Source: a virus
Lineage: Duplodnaviria; Caudoviricetes
IMG/VR virus record: IMGVR_UViG_3300005259_000081
Coordinates: 1 to 40,730 of that record
Length of the DNA: 40,730 nucleotides
Strand: one strand, 5' to 3'
Shown one piece after another: positions 1 to 7,808 of this stretch (positions within the stretch are counted from its first letter, which is position 1; every line of letters starts with the position of its first letter). Both the position numbers and the translations under genes were made by a program. The notes under the pieces are model-generated. The model saw only the letters and a program-made list of their open reading frames with translations. It made no database searches and had not been told where the DNA came from.

Positions 1-1191
1 GCCGATATGCACATAGTAGGAATCAATAATATCATCGTCAGCCCCAAGGATCGAAGCGCAGACCGCCCGGGGAATTCCAGTTTCGGCACAATGTGAAGCA
101 AAACCATGACGGAATGAATGCACCCCATAAATGGTCATCTTCTTTTTTCGCCCCTTTACGGCAATACTGGGTTCCAACCCTACATGTCGAATAACGTTAA
201 GTAACTGATGATTAATCAGATTTACCCCGGTATCGGTACCATCCTGTGCTTTGGTCGCATATCTGGCCGCAGTCTTCGGTAATACTTTGTCATTAATCTT
301 CCACTGCGCGGCTTTTTCCAACATGACATACAACTCAGACGCTATTGGAATGGTAACATCTTTGCCAGTTTTTTCTTGCGTTACCCACAAGCGGCGACGT
401 TCCATATTAATTTTGTTCCAAGAAAGATTAACACAGTCCTTCTGCCGTTGCCCTGTATATTTGAGAATATAAAGCAAGACTTCAATTTCTTCCTTGTTCA
501 GTAGCTTCAACTTCGATTCAGGTTTAACAGCTTCAAACATTTCCTTTTCTTTGTCAGGCGGAAACGGCTGGCGATGATCTGTAATGCCTGTTTCTTCTTT
601 TTCCGAACGCCTAAGTTTGTGATTGTCCCATGGCGACGGCGCATCAAGATACTTAGACAGGGTTTTAAAAATTTTACCGATCCGAAAAATTCTCTTGTTG
701 TGCGTGTCAACCGCCAAATCTTTGGTCTTCAAAAAATCTGCGTACTCAACCGTCACACAAGAATCAAGCCTCTGACCATATTCGTCGACATCTCTGATTT
801 CGTCCATATACTGAATCGCCGGATGCTTATTCTTGAGCCAGTCAAGGAAATCATTTAAATAGATTCTATAGATATTCCATATTTTCTGGCTCTTGGGACG
901 CACCCGATCAGGATGAGCTTCATAGTTTTCCCATATCCGCGATAATTCCAGACGTTCTTTTTTACGTATCCAGCCTTTGGCGGTCTGGACGTGCGCCGCA
1001 ATTACTTCGGTACTGGAAGCCGTAACAAGCGGAACCATCTTCTCCGCTTGTTCAACAGCCTCCTTGACGTTTTTTGTATTTAAACTGATTGCTTTGCGCT
1101 GTCCGTTGACTTGGTAGCGGAAGTAATAACTACCATTATCGTTTTTCTGATAGACGGTACCAATGGCAAGTTTGACGCTCTTTTTTCCCAT
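1..1191 (-). CDS. int: Tyrosine recombinase (integrase) of a neighbouring element; 3' end runs off the window
   Basis: Hand translation from ATG at 1191: MGKKSVKLAIGTVYQK..YYFRYQVNGQRKAISL (arm-binding-like), YTGQR, QEKTG, HSFRH, ILGAD..YY. Open to position 1; absent from the ORF track because it has no stop in the window. Confidence 0.9.
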   Translation of the reverse strand, partial: MGKKSVKLAIGTVYQKNDNGSYYFRYQVNGQRKAISLNTKNVKEAVEQAEKMVPLVTASSTEVIAAHVQTAKGWIRKKERLELSRIWENYEAHPDRVRPKSQKIWNIYRIYLNDFLDWLKNKHPAIQYMDEIRDVDEYGQRLDSCVTVEYADFLKTKDLAVDTHNKRIFRIGKIFKTLSKYLDAPSPWDNHKLRRSEKEETGITDHRQPFPPDKEKEMFEAVKPESKLKLLNKEEIEVLLYILKYTGQRQKDCVNLSWNKINMERRRLWVTQEKTGKDVTIPIASELYVMLEKAAQWKINDKVLPKTAARYATKAQDGTDTGVNLINHQLLNVIRHVGLEPSIAVKGRKKKMTIYGVHSFRHGFASHCAETGIPRAVCASILGADDDIIDSYYVHIG

Positions 1192-1261
1192 ATCAACCTC
1201 ATAAACATAGAAAATATCGTATATGGCTATATACATCAAGGATAAGTGATTTGCAAGCGCA

Positions 1262-1281
1262 AAACGGTACCAAACGGTACC
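1262..1281. repeat. Tandem direct repeat AAACGGTACC x2, likely integrase arm-type sites of the left element
   Basis: Exact 10-bp tandem repeat between the att core and the integrase start. Confidence 0.5.
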
Positions 1282-1307
1282 GATACATAGAAAAATGAGC
1301 TTAAAAT

Positions 1308-1352
1308 TGGTACCCGAGGGCGGAATTGAACCGCCGACCAAAAGTTTAGGAA
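1308..1352 (-). tRNA. 3' half of tRNA-Arg(CCT) = att core duplication (not a complete tRNA)
   Basis: Reverse complement reads TTCCTAA-ACTTT-TGGTC-GGCGG-TTCAATT-CCGCC-CTCGGGT-A-CCA: anticodon loop, T-arm, acceptor 3' strand and CCA. There is no matching 5' half upstream. Confidence 0.85.
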
Positions 1353-1482
1353 CCTATACAAGCGAGCTTTTAGCCGTTTTTTGAAGACATTATTTAAGCT
1401 CAGATTGAGCGTGGGGACAATTGGTGTCGTTTTGTGTCAGAAAAAACCTTTTACGTCACAAATCTTGACACGATTTTTGAGC

Positions 1483-1959
1483 TTAAGCGGAAAATCCAGC
1501 TTTAACGTAACGGATCGACGGCATGATGATTAATTTGATGATATAGGCAATCAACCAGGTACCGCAAAAACCGATTATCGGACATCCAAAAATTGCAAAA
1601 TACATATCTTCATCATGCCAGTAACGAGCCAATAACACAAGGTATAAGATGCTTAATGTCGGCAATATTACGGTCATATATAAAGAAGACACAAAAATCA
1701 ATCGGCGGTAGCCCGTGGCAAATCCATACCAATGTGGCACATTGTTTTTCGGTTGAGAACTTGACGGGATTTTAACCGATTCAGTTTGAACAATCAAATT
1801 ATTATTATCAGGGGCTATGTCAACTTTGGGAGAACGTTTAGAAAAACGTATTACTAGACCAATGGCAGAAAAGATAGCGCCCCAAACCAATCCCATAATC
1901 AAAACATCGGCTACACTATGATTGCTGGTGGCAAGTAACATTGCAAAACAATATTTCAT
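1483..1959 (-). CDS. Membrane protein (about 3 TM helices), moron
   Basis: Hydrophobic segments, AT-rich DNA, 4-bp overlap with the upstream gene. Confidence 0.7.
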   Translation of the reverse strand: MKYCFAMLLATSNHSVADVLIMGLVWGAIFSAIGLVIRFSKRSPKVDIAPDNNNLIVQTESVKIPSSSQPKNNVPHWYGFATGYRRLIFVSSLYMTVILPTLSILYLVLLARYWHDEDMYFAIFGCPIIGFCGTWLIAYIIKLIIMPSIRYVKAGFSA

Positions 1960-2375
1960 GACTGCATCATTCCTATAAAATCAAGGGAAAATATTTGATA
2001 TAACTTACGTTTCGCATACAATGAAAGCAATACAACCGGAACGCTGTATCCGATGAGAATCCATAGCAGCGGCAATTGAAAACAAAAAATTGCAATTGCC
2101 ATCCACGAAATGACAAATCGCGTCATCCCCAGCACAGATAGACAAGCCAACCCGATAACCTGGGCTTTAAACCAAAATTGAGAATTAGTACGGCGATGCA
2201 GAAAATAAAATTCAAAGAAAAGGTTCAACGGCCATTGTAATGAATGAAGGATTGGCCGTTCCATGGACATCTTGGTTTGTAGCATGGGCGAAAATAAGGC
2301 AAAAGCAAAACGCCACGCAAAGGCAATCAATAAATAAAACCAGAGTACCAATAAAATCCACCCCGCAATAATCAT
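1956..2375 (-). CDS. Membrane protein (3-4 TM helices), moron
   Basis: Highly hydrophobic ORF in AT-rich DNA. Confidence 0.7.
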   Translation of the reverse strand: MIIAGWILLVLWFYLLIAFAWRFAFALFSPMLQTKMSMERPILHSLQWPLNLFFEFYFLHRRTNSQFWFKAQVIGLACLSVLGMTRFVISWMAIAIFCFQLPLLWILIGYSVPVVLLSLYAKRKLYQIFSLDFIGMMQS

Positions 2376-2401
2376 TTTTAAATTTCCCTGTTAGATATTA
2401 G

Positions 2402-2430
2402 AATGTAACACGAGGGGGGCGAAAAAGCAA
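2402..2430 (-). promoter_or_regulatory. sigma70-like promoter of the moron pair
   Basis: TTGCTT-17 bp-TACATT with extended -10 TG on the minus strand, about 27 bp before the ATG at 2375. Confidence 0.5.
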
Positions 2431-2440
2431 GCGGGGAGTG

Positions 2441-2800
2441 TTAACGGGTGGTGGGATCGGGTTTGCCGGTGTTGGTGATGCGCGTTGCCGAAAGCAGCAT
2501 ACGGCTTTGCTGGCGCGGCGTCATTTGTTGCAACAACTCTATCACGGCGGCGGCCGTGTGGCTGATTTTACCATTAGACCAGATCGGGCATGCTGGTTCC
2601 AGTAGGCAGTGGACGCCGGGCTTATAGCCGGTCAGTTGCTCGATCGCCTGGTGGTAGGTTTTAGAAATACGGGTGGGCTTTTTGCTGCGCAGCCAGCGCG
2701 AAACATTGGACCGGTCGACGCCGATCGCCCGGGCGACGTCGTCCTGAGTTGCGCCGGTGCGCAATATATAAAGATTCAATGCTTGAGCGTAGAGGTCCAT
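2441..2800 (-). CDS. XRE-family HTH regulator
   Basis: ATQDDVARAIGVDRSNVSRWL helix-turn-helix. Confidence 0.8.
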   Translation of the reverse strand: MDLYAQALNLYILRTGATQDDVARAIGVDRSNVSRWLRSKKPTRISKTYHQAIEQLTGYKPGVHCLLEPACPIWSNGKISHTAAAVIELLQQMTPRQQSRMLLSATRITNTGKPDPTTR

Positions 2801-2881
2801 ACTTCTCTTTTTCCACTACAATATCGCGATCATGGCAATGCTGCGCTATCCTCGTTTAATTTGTGACCGATTGTGTACAAC

Positions 2882-2909
2882 ATTGCAAAATGAACGTTCA
2901 TTATGTAAT
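2882..2909. promoter_or_regulatory. 28-bp imperfect palindrome (candidate operator)
   Basis: ATTGCAAAATGAAC|GTTCATTATGTAAT, 12 of 14 positions symmetric, upstream of the XRE gene. Confidence 0.5.
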
Positions 2910-2940
2910 TTCATCAATGCAAGCATGTTGCAAATAGCGC

Positions 2941-2983
2941 TGTTGAAAAAAACTACACAACGATTAAAATGTTGAAAAAAACT
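2941..2983. repeat. 14-bp direct repeat TGTTGAAAAAAACT x2
   Basis: Exact copies at 2941-2954 and 2970-2983. Confidence 0.7.
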
Positions 2984-3061
2984 TTAGCGCAACTTTTTAA
3001 CCAAGCACAAATATAAGTTTCTTGCGCTTGGCATGCAATAAGCAGTAGATACTTTTATAAC

Positions 3062-3090
3062 AAAAAATCCCGACGTTATTTTGTCGGGAT
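3062..3090 (-). terminator. Intrinsic terminator after the repressor gene
   Basis: ATCCCGAC/GTCGGGAT stem followed by a T run on the minus strand. Confidence 0.7.
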
Positions 3091-3120
3091 GATAGGGGTG
3101 TGAGATGAGGTGTGGGAAAA

Positions 3121-3573
3121 TTAATCAGTCTTGTATTGTCCGGGGAATTCACGTACTCCGGCATTTCTGGCCATTTGATCCATGTTATTGGTCTTTAGCT
3201 GTTCTATGAACTTGTGAATCTTAATCAGCTGATCCGGCAACATATTTTCCAAATCGTCGATAATGATTTGCTTCATCGGGTCAAGCTGCCGTCCCAGATT
3301 AGAGAGGTCTTCAATGTCTGTATTGGATTTAGCTTCCAGAAAAAGCCGTCCCAGCCAATCCATGTCTAATTCAGTAGCTACCGGTTGCAGCATTTTGCAA
3401 ACCTGGTTGAACTGTTCGGGAGTAAAACAGGCTTTGCCATTGATTACGGCGGAAACGTATTGTCGAGTTTTGCCGATAACATCGGCAATATCGACTTGTG
3501 AAATATCGTATTTGGCTAACGCTACTTTCAGGCGTCGGCCAAAAGCCATTTTTTTATCCGGATCGGCTACCAT
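3121..3573 (-). CDS. Prophage repressor candidate (XRE HTH, no S24 peptidase domain)
   Basis: ISQVDIADVIGKTRQYVSAVING HTH; divergent from the early operon. Confidence 0.8.
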   Translation of the reverse strand: MVADPDKKMAFGRRLKVALAKYDISQVDIADVIGKTRQYVSAVINGKACFTPEQFNQVCKMLQPVATELDMDWLGRLFLEAKSNTDIEDLSNLGRQLDPMKQIIIDDLENMLPDQLIKIHKFIEQLKTNNMDQMARNAGVREFPGQYKTD

Positions 3574-3599
3574 AATCTTTTCCTCAAGTTGATATAATT

Positions 3600-3628
3600 A
3601 TTATAAATCAAATTAGTTTACTTGTCAA
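3600..3628 (-). promoter_or_regulatory. Leftward (repressor) promoter
   Basis: Perfect TTGACA (3628-3623)-17 bp-TATAAT (3605-3600). Confidence 0.85.
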
Positions 3629-3652
3629 ATAAAAATCCAACATTGTAAATAA

Positions 3653-3722
3653 AATTAATTGACAAAACAAATAGATCATGTTATAATTAAAATTGTCAAT
3701 CGAATTAATTGACAAAACAAAT
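3653..3722. repeat. Operator-like repeats
   Basis: AATTAATTGACAAAACAAAT at 3653-3672 and 3703-3722; inverted repeat TTGTCAAT-N7-ATTGACAA at 3693-3715. Confidence 0.7.
3659..3687 (+). promoter_or_regulatory. Rightward early promoter
   Basis: Perfect TTGACA-17 bp-TATAAT with TG extension. Confidence 0.85.
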
Positions 3723-3736
3723 CGGGAGTTTTACAA

Positions 3737-3928
3737 ATGAGCGGTAGCGGTAATGATTTTACTGACGGCGGCAAGGTAGTCATTAAGGCGATTGTAGGGA
3801 AATCGCGGAGCGCGTTAATCGACGCGGATTTTAATTTGCTGATGGAACGCCTTGGATTAACCAACAAAAAGGGGAACGGGAATGGAAGTGGAAAAGGTAT
3901 TAACCAAACTGCGGCGGTTCGGGTTTAG
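3737..3928 (+). CDS. Small hypothetical protein in the cro position
   Basis: First ORF after the rightward promoter, with GGGAG RBS; no clear HTH. Confidence 0.55.
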   Translation: MSGSGNDFTDGGKVVIKAIVGKSRSALIDADFNLLMERLGLTNKKGNGNGSGKGINQTAAVRV

Positions 3929-4010
3929 GGTGACCCGGACGGCAACGTGGATCGCGGTGGAACTAAAAAAAGGGAATAGGGAAAATGCATCAGGTATCAG
4001 CCACAATTAA
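3882..4010 (+). CDS. Small hypothetical protein (42 aa, MEVEKVLTKLRRFGF...)
   Basis: Hand-called; preceded by AGGGGAACGGGA, a variant of the early start motif. Confidence 0.45.
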   Translation: MEVEKVLTKLRRFGFRVTRTATWIAVELKKGNRENASGISHN

Positions 4011-4248
4011 GAACATTATCGACAATACGCCGGGGTATTCGTTGTCGGTGTTGATGACGGATTTAGGGATAGCCAGCCAGGCCGAGCAATTGATTTCGCT
4101 GGACTCGGCGGCCAAAATGCTGGCGTTTTCACGGCGGCACGTCGAGCGGATGATCGAAGCGGGGACATTCAGCCGGATCAAGGGGAAGCGGATCGTCCGG
4201 CTACGCGTCAGCGAAATCAACGCCTGGATTGCCAAAGAAGCGCGTTAA
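3985..4248 (+). CDS. Excisionase/HTH_17-like DNA-binding protein
   Basis: LISLDSAAKMLAFSRRHVERMIEAG..RLRVSEINAWI pattern. Confidence 0.75.
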   Translation: MHQVSATIKNIIDNTPGYSLSVLMTDLGIASQAEQLISLDSAAKMLAFSRRHVERMIEAGTFSRIKGKRIVRLRVSEINAWIAKEAR

Positions 4249-4284
4249 ACGGGGCAGCAACGCAAAAGGGAAAAGGGATAGGGA

Positions 4285-4536
4285 ATGGACAACATCACAA
4301 ATAAATGGATGGGGAAAGAAGTTGTTATTATGATTCCTTATCCGCCGTGGGCGACGTTGAAAAACGCCTGCCAGCTTTTTGGCGTGGGTAAGGATCGGAT
4401 TAACGAGTGGACAGAAAAGGGGTATGTGCGGCGGGTGGGTAATCGGACCAGCGTACAATTTTGCTGCGAAGATATCGACAGGACGATGAAAGCGATTGCG
4501 GTCGGGATGCAGCCGCGTCCGATGCGCCGACGCTGA
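4285..4536 (+). CDS. Excisionase/MerR-like HTH protein
   Basis: ATLKNACQLFGVGKDRINEWTEKG..QFCCEDID pattern. Confidence 0.65.
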   Translation: MDNITNKWMGKEVVIMIPYPPWATLKNACQLFGVGKDRINEWTEKGYVRRVGNRTSVQFCCEDIDRTMKAIAVGMQPRPMRRR

Positions 4537-4568
4537 CGGCGGCAACGCAAAAGGGAAAGGGATAGGGA

Positions 4569-4784
4569 ATGAAATTTTTGCCGGAAATCATGAAGAAAGC
4601 GCGGGAACGCCGCGAAAACAAAGACTATAACGACGGATTGTTTTATTTCAGCAATGAAATTTTGATGGAAGATGCGGCGGAATTGATCGCAGTATTGCAA
4701 ATCCGCGCTGAAGCCGAACGTCAAGCCGAGGCCGAAGCCGAACAACGTCGAGAAGCCGAACGGCAAGCACGGATGGGGGAATAG
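4569..4784 (+). CDS. Hypothetical protein with C-terminal coiled coil
   Basis: Start-associated motif; collinear with the operon. Confidence 0.6.
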   Translation: MKFLPEIMKKARERRENKDYNDGLFYFSNEILMEDAAELIAVLQIRAEAERQAEAEAEQRREAERQARMGE

Positions 4785-4786
4785 CC

Positions 4787-4996
4787 ATGAATCAGCTTAC
4801 GCAATTGCAGGAACGGGTGCGGGAGTTCGGCGGGTCACAAATCAATCTGCAAATCTGGCCGGGGATCGATCTGGTCGAAATGGCCGTGTCAGGTCCATCC
4901 GGTCGGCCGGTAAAGGTTTCCGGCCTCAGCGTCGAGTCCGCGGCCGCAACCATGTTGCAGCGGTTGAACCAGATAACCGCGTCAGCCGCCAGATAA
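4787..4996 (+). CDS. Hypothetical protein
   Basis: Tight packing, GGGGGA RBS. Confidence 0.6.
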   Translation: MNQLTQLQERVREFGGSQINLQIWPGIDLVEMAVSGPSGRPVKVSGLSVESAAATMLQRLNQITASAAR

Positions 4997-5017
4997 GCAG
5001 CAACAGGGAATAGGGAA

Positions 5018-5755
5018 ATGACACCGTATTATCAAGATGACTCCGTCACACTGTATTGCGGCGACGCACTGGAAATCCTGCCGGAGCTGTCCGACATCGG
5101 CGCTTTAATTACCGATCCGCCGTATTCGTCCGGCGGCTTTACCCGCAGTGACAGATCCGCGCGGACTTCCGAAAAATACCAGAACAGCAGCACAATAAAA
5201 AAATATGCCGAGTTTTTCGGCGATAATCGCGATGGGCGTTCCTTTGCGTTCTGGTGTTCGCTGTGGCTGACAATGGCCCATTCCCGAATGGTTGACGGCG
5301 CGTTTATGGCGATCTTTTCCGACTGGCGGCAACTGCCGTTGATGTCCGATGCGCTGCAAGCGGGCGGTTTTGTCTGGCGCGGTACTGCCGTCTGGGACAA
5401 GGGTTTGAGCGCCCGGCCGCAGTTGGGACGTCCCCGGCAACAGTGCGAGTTTATTTTATGGGGCAGCAAGGGACAGTTTCCGACCGCAGGGAGCACGTTT
5501 CCCGGCTGCTGGAAAATTCCGGTCGAATCCTACGACAAACTACACGTTACCGGCAAGCCGCCGGTCCTGATGGCCGCGCTTTGCGAAATTGCTGCAGGGG
5601 TGATTCTGGACCCGTTCGCCGGATCGGGAACAACGTTGCTTGCCGCCAAACAACAGGGACGGCGCGCGGTCGGGATTGAGATGTCCGAAGCGTATTGCGA
5701 AATCACCGCGAAACGATTGCAACAACCAGAACTTTTAGGGAGCGTGACCGCATGA
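5018..5755 (+). CDS. DNA methyltransferase, N6A/N4C beta class
   Basis: TDPPY catalytic motif precedes the DPFAGSGTT SAM-binding motif; no cognate nuclease nearby. Confidence 0.9.
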   Translation: MTPYYQDDSVTLYCGDALEILPELSDIGALITDPPYSSGGFTRSDRSARTSEKYQNSSTIKKYAEFFGDNRDGRSFAFWCSLWLTMAHSRMVDGAFMAIFSDWRQLPLMSDALQAGGFVWRGTAVWDKGLSARPQLGRPRQQCEFILWGSKGQFPTAGSTFPGCWKIPVESYDKLHVTGKPPVLMAALCEIAAGVILDPFAGSGTTLLAAKQQGRRAVGIEMSEAYCEITAKRLQQPELLGSVTA

Positions 5756-5856
5756 GCATTACAATCGTTTATATCCTGGCGGCGCTGGCGGTCGGGATCG
5801 GGATTCGGCGGCTGGTAATAATTATCAAGGAGTGGTGGGAACATGGCAACAACTAA
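5752..5856 (+). CDS. 34-aa single-TM peptide
   Basis: Hand-called MSITIVYILAALAVGIGIRRLVIIIKEWWEHGNN; ATGA overlap with the MTase stop. Confidence 0.55.
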   Translation: MSITIVYILAALAVGIGIRRLVIIIKEWWEHGNN

Positions 5857-6844
5857 AATTCAATGGGCGGATATGGTGTGGAACCCGGTAACCGGTTGCA
5901 GCAAGGTTTCGGACGGGTGTGCGCACTGTTACGCGGAACGGCAGGCGCTGCGATTGCAGCATATGGGTTGTGATAAATATAAAAACGGTTTCAAGGTGAC
6001 ATTGCATCCTGAGGAACTCAACGTGCGATTTCCCGGCAAAGGCAAGCAGATTTTTGTTTGCAGCATGGCCGATTTGTTCCATGAGGATGTGCCGTTCCTC
6101 TTTGTCGATTTAGTGATGGCCCGGATTGCCATTAGTCAACAGCATACATTTATGATTCTGACGAAACGCCCGTATCGGATGCAGAAATATTTCAATGATC
6201 TGCGCCCGGAAGGGGTCACCAAGAGTATGATAAGCGATATTTTTGCACGGCCGTCACGATATTTTCCGCGCAGTTTCGATAAGTTGCCGTTGAATTGTTC
6301 ATGGCCGCTGCCGTGGCCGCTGCCGAATCTGTGGTTGTTGACGACGGCGGAAAATCAGGACAACGCCGATCTGCGCATTCCCGATCTGTTGAAATGTCCG
6401 GCGCGGGTTCATGGCGTCAGCATCGAGCCGATGTTGGGCGCGGTTGATCTTGGCGAATATCTGCCGAACCTTGATGAAAACGGTTATCCGGTCAATCAGT
6501 TGAGCAATCGGGGGAAGTATATCAACTGGGTGATCTGCGGCGGCGAATCGGGACCAGGAGCGCGGCCGATACACCCCGATTGGATACGCGGGGTGCGCAA
6601 TCAATGTCAGGACGCGGGGACGCCGTTTTTCTTCAAGCAGTGGGGCGAATGGTTGACCACGTATGACCGTGATGATGATCCCGACGCCCGAAACTTACCG
6701 CATGAGATACCGAACAAAACCCGCTGGCTGAATCTTAACGGCGGACACGGGTTTCACGGTGAACGGGTGGTGTTTGTTCATCGCGTCGGCAAAGCTGCGA
6801 CCGGCGATTATATCGACGGCAAGCAGTACCACGAATTTCCGTAA
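5843..6844 (+). CDS. DUF5131 / phage Gp37Gp68 family protein
   Basis: TKIQW..WNPVTGCSKVSDGCAHCYA, SMADLFHE, LTKRP, SIEPMLG, WVICGGESG, FFFKQWG. Confidence 0.9.
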   Translation: MATTKIQWADMVWNPVTGCSKVSDGCAHCYAERQALRLQHMGCDKYKNGFKVTLHPEELNVRFPGKGKQIFVCSMADLFHEDVPFLFVDLVMARIAISQQHTFMILTKRPYRMQKYFNDLRPEGVTKSMISDIFARPSRYFPRSFDKLPLNCSWPLPWPLPNLWLLTTAENQDNADLRIPDLLKCPARVHGVSIEPMLGAVDLGEYLPNLDENGYPVNQLSNRGKYINWVICGGESGPGARPIHPDWIRGVRNQCQDAGTPFFFKQWGEWLTTYDRDDDPDARNLPHEIPNKTRWLNLNGGHGFHGERVVFVHRVGKAATGDYIDGKQYHEFP

Positions 6845-6957
6845 ATTTTTCCGGCCCTGTGTTCTTTCTCAGGTCTATGGATTGCAAAAAATAAGGGTCG
6901 GATTTTTTGATTTGGCCGGGCACGGCGGAGTCCGCAGTGTCCCGGGTTTGAGCAAAA

Positions 6958-7019
6958 GTGAAGATGTGAAGTGTTGCCGGTGGCAACGTGAAGATGTGAA
7001 GATGTGAAGATGTGAAAAA
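6958..7019. repeat. GTGAAGAT 8-bp tandem array interrupted by a palindrome
   Basis: About 2 copies, then GTTGCC-GGT-GGCAAC, then about 4 copies. Confidence 0.8.
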
Positions 7020-7039
7020 TAAGCCGGAAGAATGAAAAA

Positions 7040-7741
7040 ATGAGCGCAAAAACTGAAAAAAATAGCGAAGAAAATGAAAATTGTACCGTACGATACAGTT
7101 TTTCCGAGTACCACCGGTTTGCGGAGGCGTTCGATTTTTATAATGCCCGACTGTTTGACGGTAAATTGCCGGAAGTAGTGTTTACCATGCCGCGCCATCG
7201 CGGCGCCGCCGGTTATTTCCGTCCGGAGTCATTTGTCGAGCGCCAGTTCGACAAGGAAGGCAACAGCGCCAGCGGCGGGTTTAAGGTCCACGAAATCGCC
7301 ATGATGCCGGACGCCATGTGGGGCTGCAGCGACAAAGAAGTTTTATCTACGCTGGTGCACGAAATGTGTCATTTGTGGCAACAGGAATACGGCGAAAAGA
7401 TGCCCCGTAAATGTTATCACAATCGCGAGTTCGCGGAAAAAATGAAAAAATGTGGGTTGCAAACGTCAACCACCGGCGAACAGGGCGGAGCGGAAACAGG
7501 CCAGAAGATGACTCATTATATCATCGAAAAAGAAATTTTTGATAAGATTACCGACGAGCTGCTGGCAACCGGTTTTTCGCTGAATTTGTGCGCCATTCCT
7601 AAATTAAGCATGCCGGCCAAGAAATCGAAATTTAAATACAGCTGTCCGAAATGTAAACAAAATGCCTGGGCCAAGTCGGAGGCGGCACTGGCTTGCAGTA
7701 ACTGCGGTTGCAGTTTGGTTTTTGACGATGAGGAAGAATAA
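7040..7741 (+). CDS. SprT-like zinc metalloprotease (plasmid Mpr-like) with C-terminal Zn ribbon
   Basis: FDFYNARLFDGKLP, LVHEMCHLWQ (HExxH), YHNREF, CPKC..CSNC. Confidence 0.85.
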   Translation: MSAKTEKNSEENENCTVRYSFSEYHRFAEAFDFYNARLFDGKLPEVVFTMPRHRGAAGYFRPESFVERQFDKEGNSASGGFKVHEIAMMPDAMWGCSDKEVLSTLVHEMCHLWQQEYGEKMPRKCYHNREFAEKMKKCGLQTSTTGEQGGAETGQKMTHYIIEKEIFDKITDELLATGFSLNLCAIPKLSMPAKKSKFKYSCPKCKQNAWAKSEAALACSNCGCSLVFDDEEE

Positions 7742-7808
7742 TCCGTCAAAGTCTTATTTGAGCTAATAAGATTGTAAGACGTAAACAAAGCAAGGGAATA
7801 GGGATCGT

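Noticed and set aside
1308-1390. Complete tRNA gene
   Set aside because: No ACCCGAG acceptor 5' strand, D-arm or anticodon 5' stem upstream; only the att fragment is present.
2884-2911. dif-like site (TTATGTAATTT arm)
   Set aside because: The XerC-side arm matches poorly; better explained as part of the 28-bp palindrome.
3882-4010. HicA-like toxin
   Set aside because: The N-terminus resembles HicA, but the catalytic GSH motif and a HicB partner are missing.
6958-7019. CRISPR or guide-RNA array
   Set aside because: Units are 8 bp, directly tandem with no spacers, and there are no cas genes.
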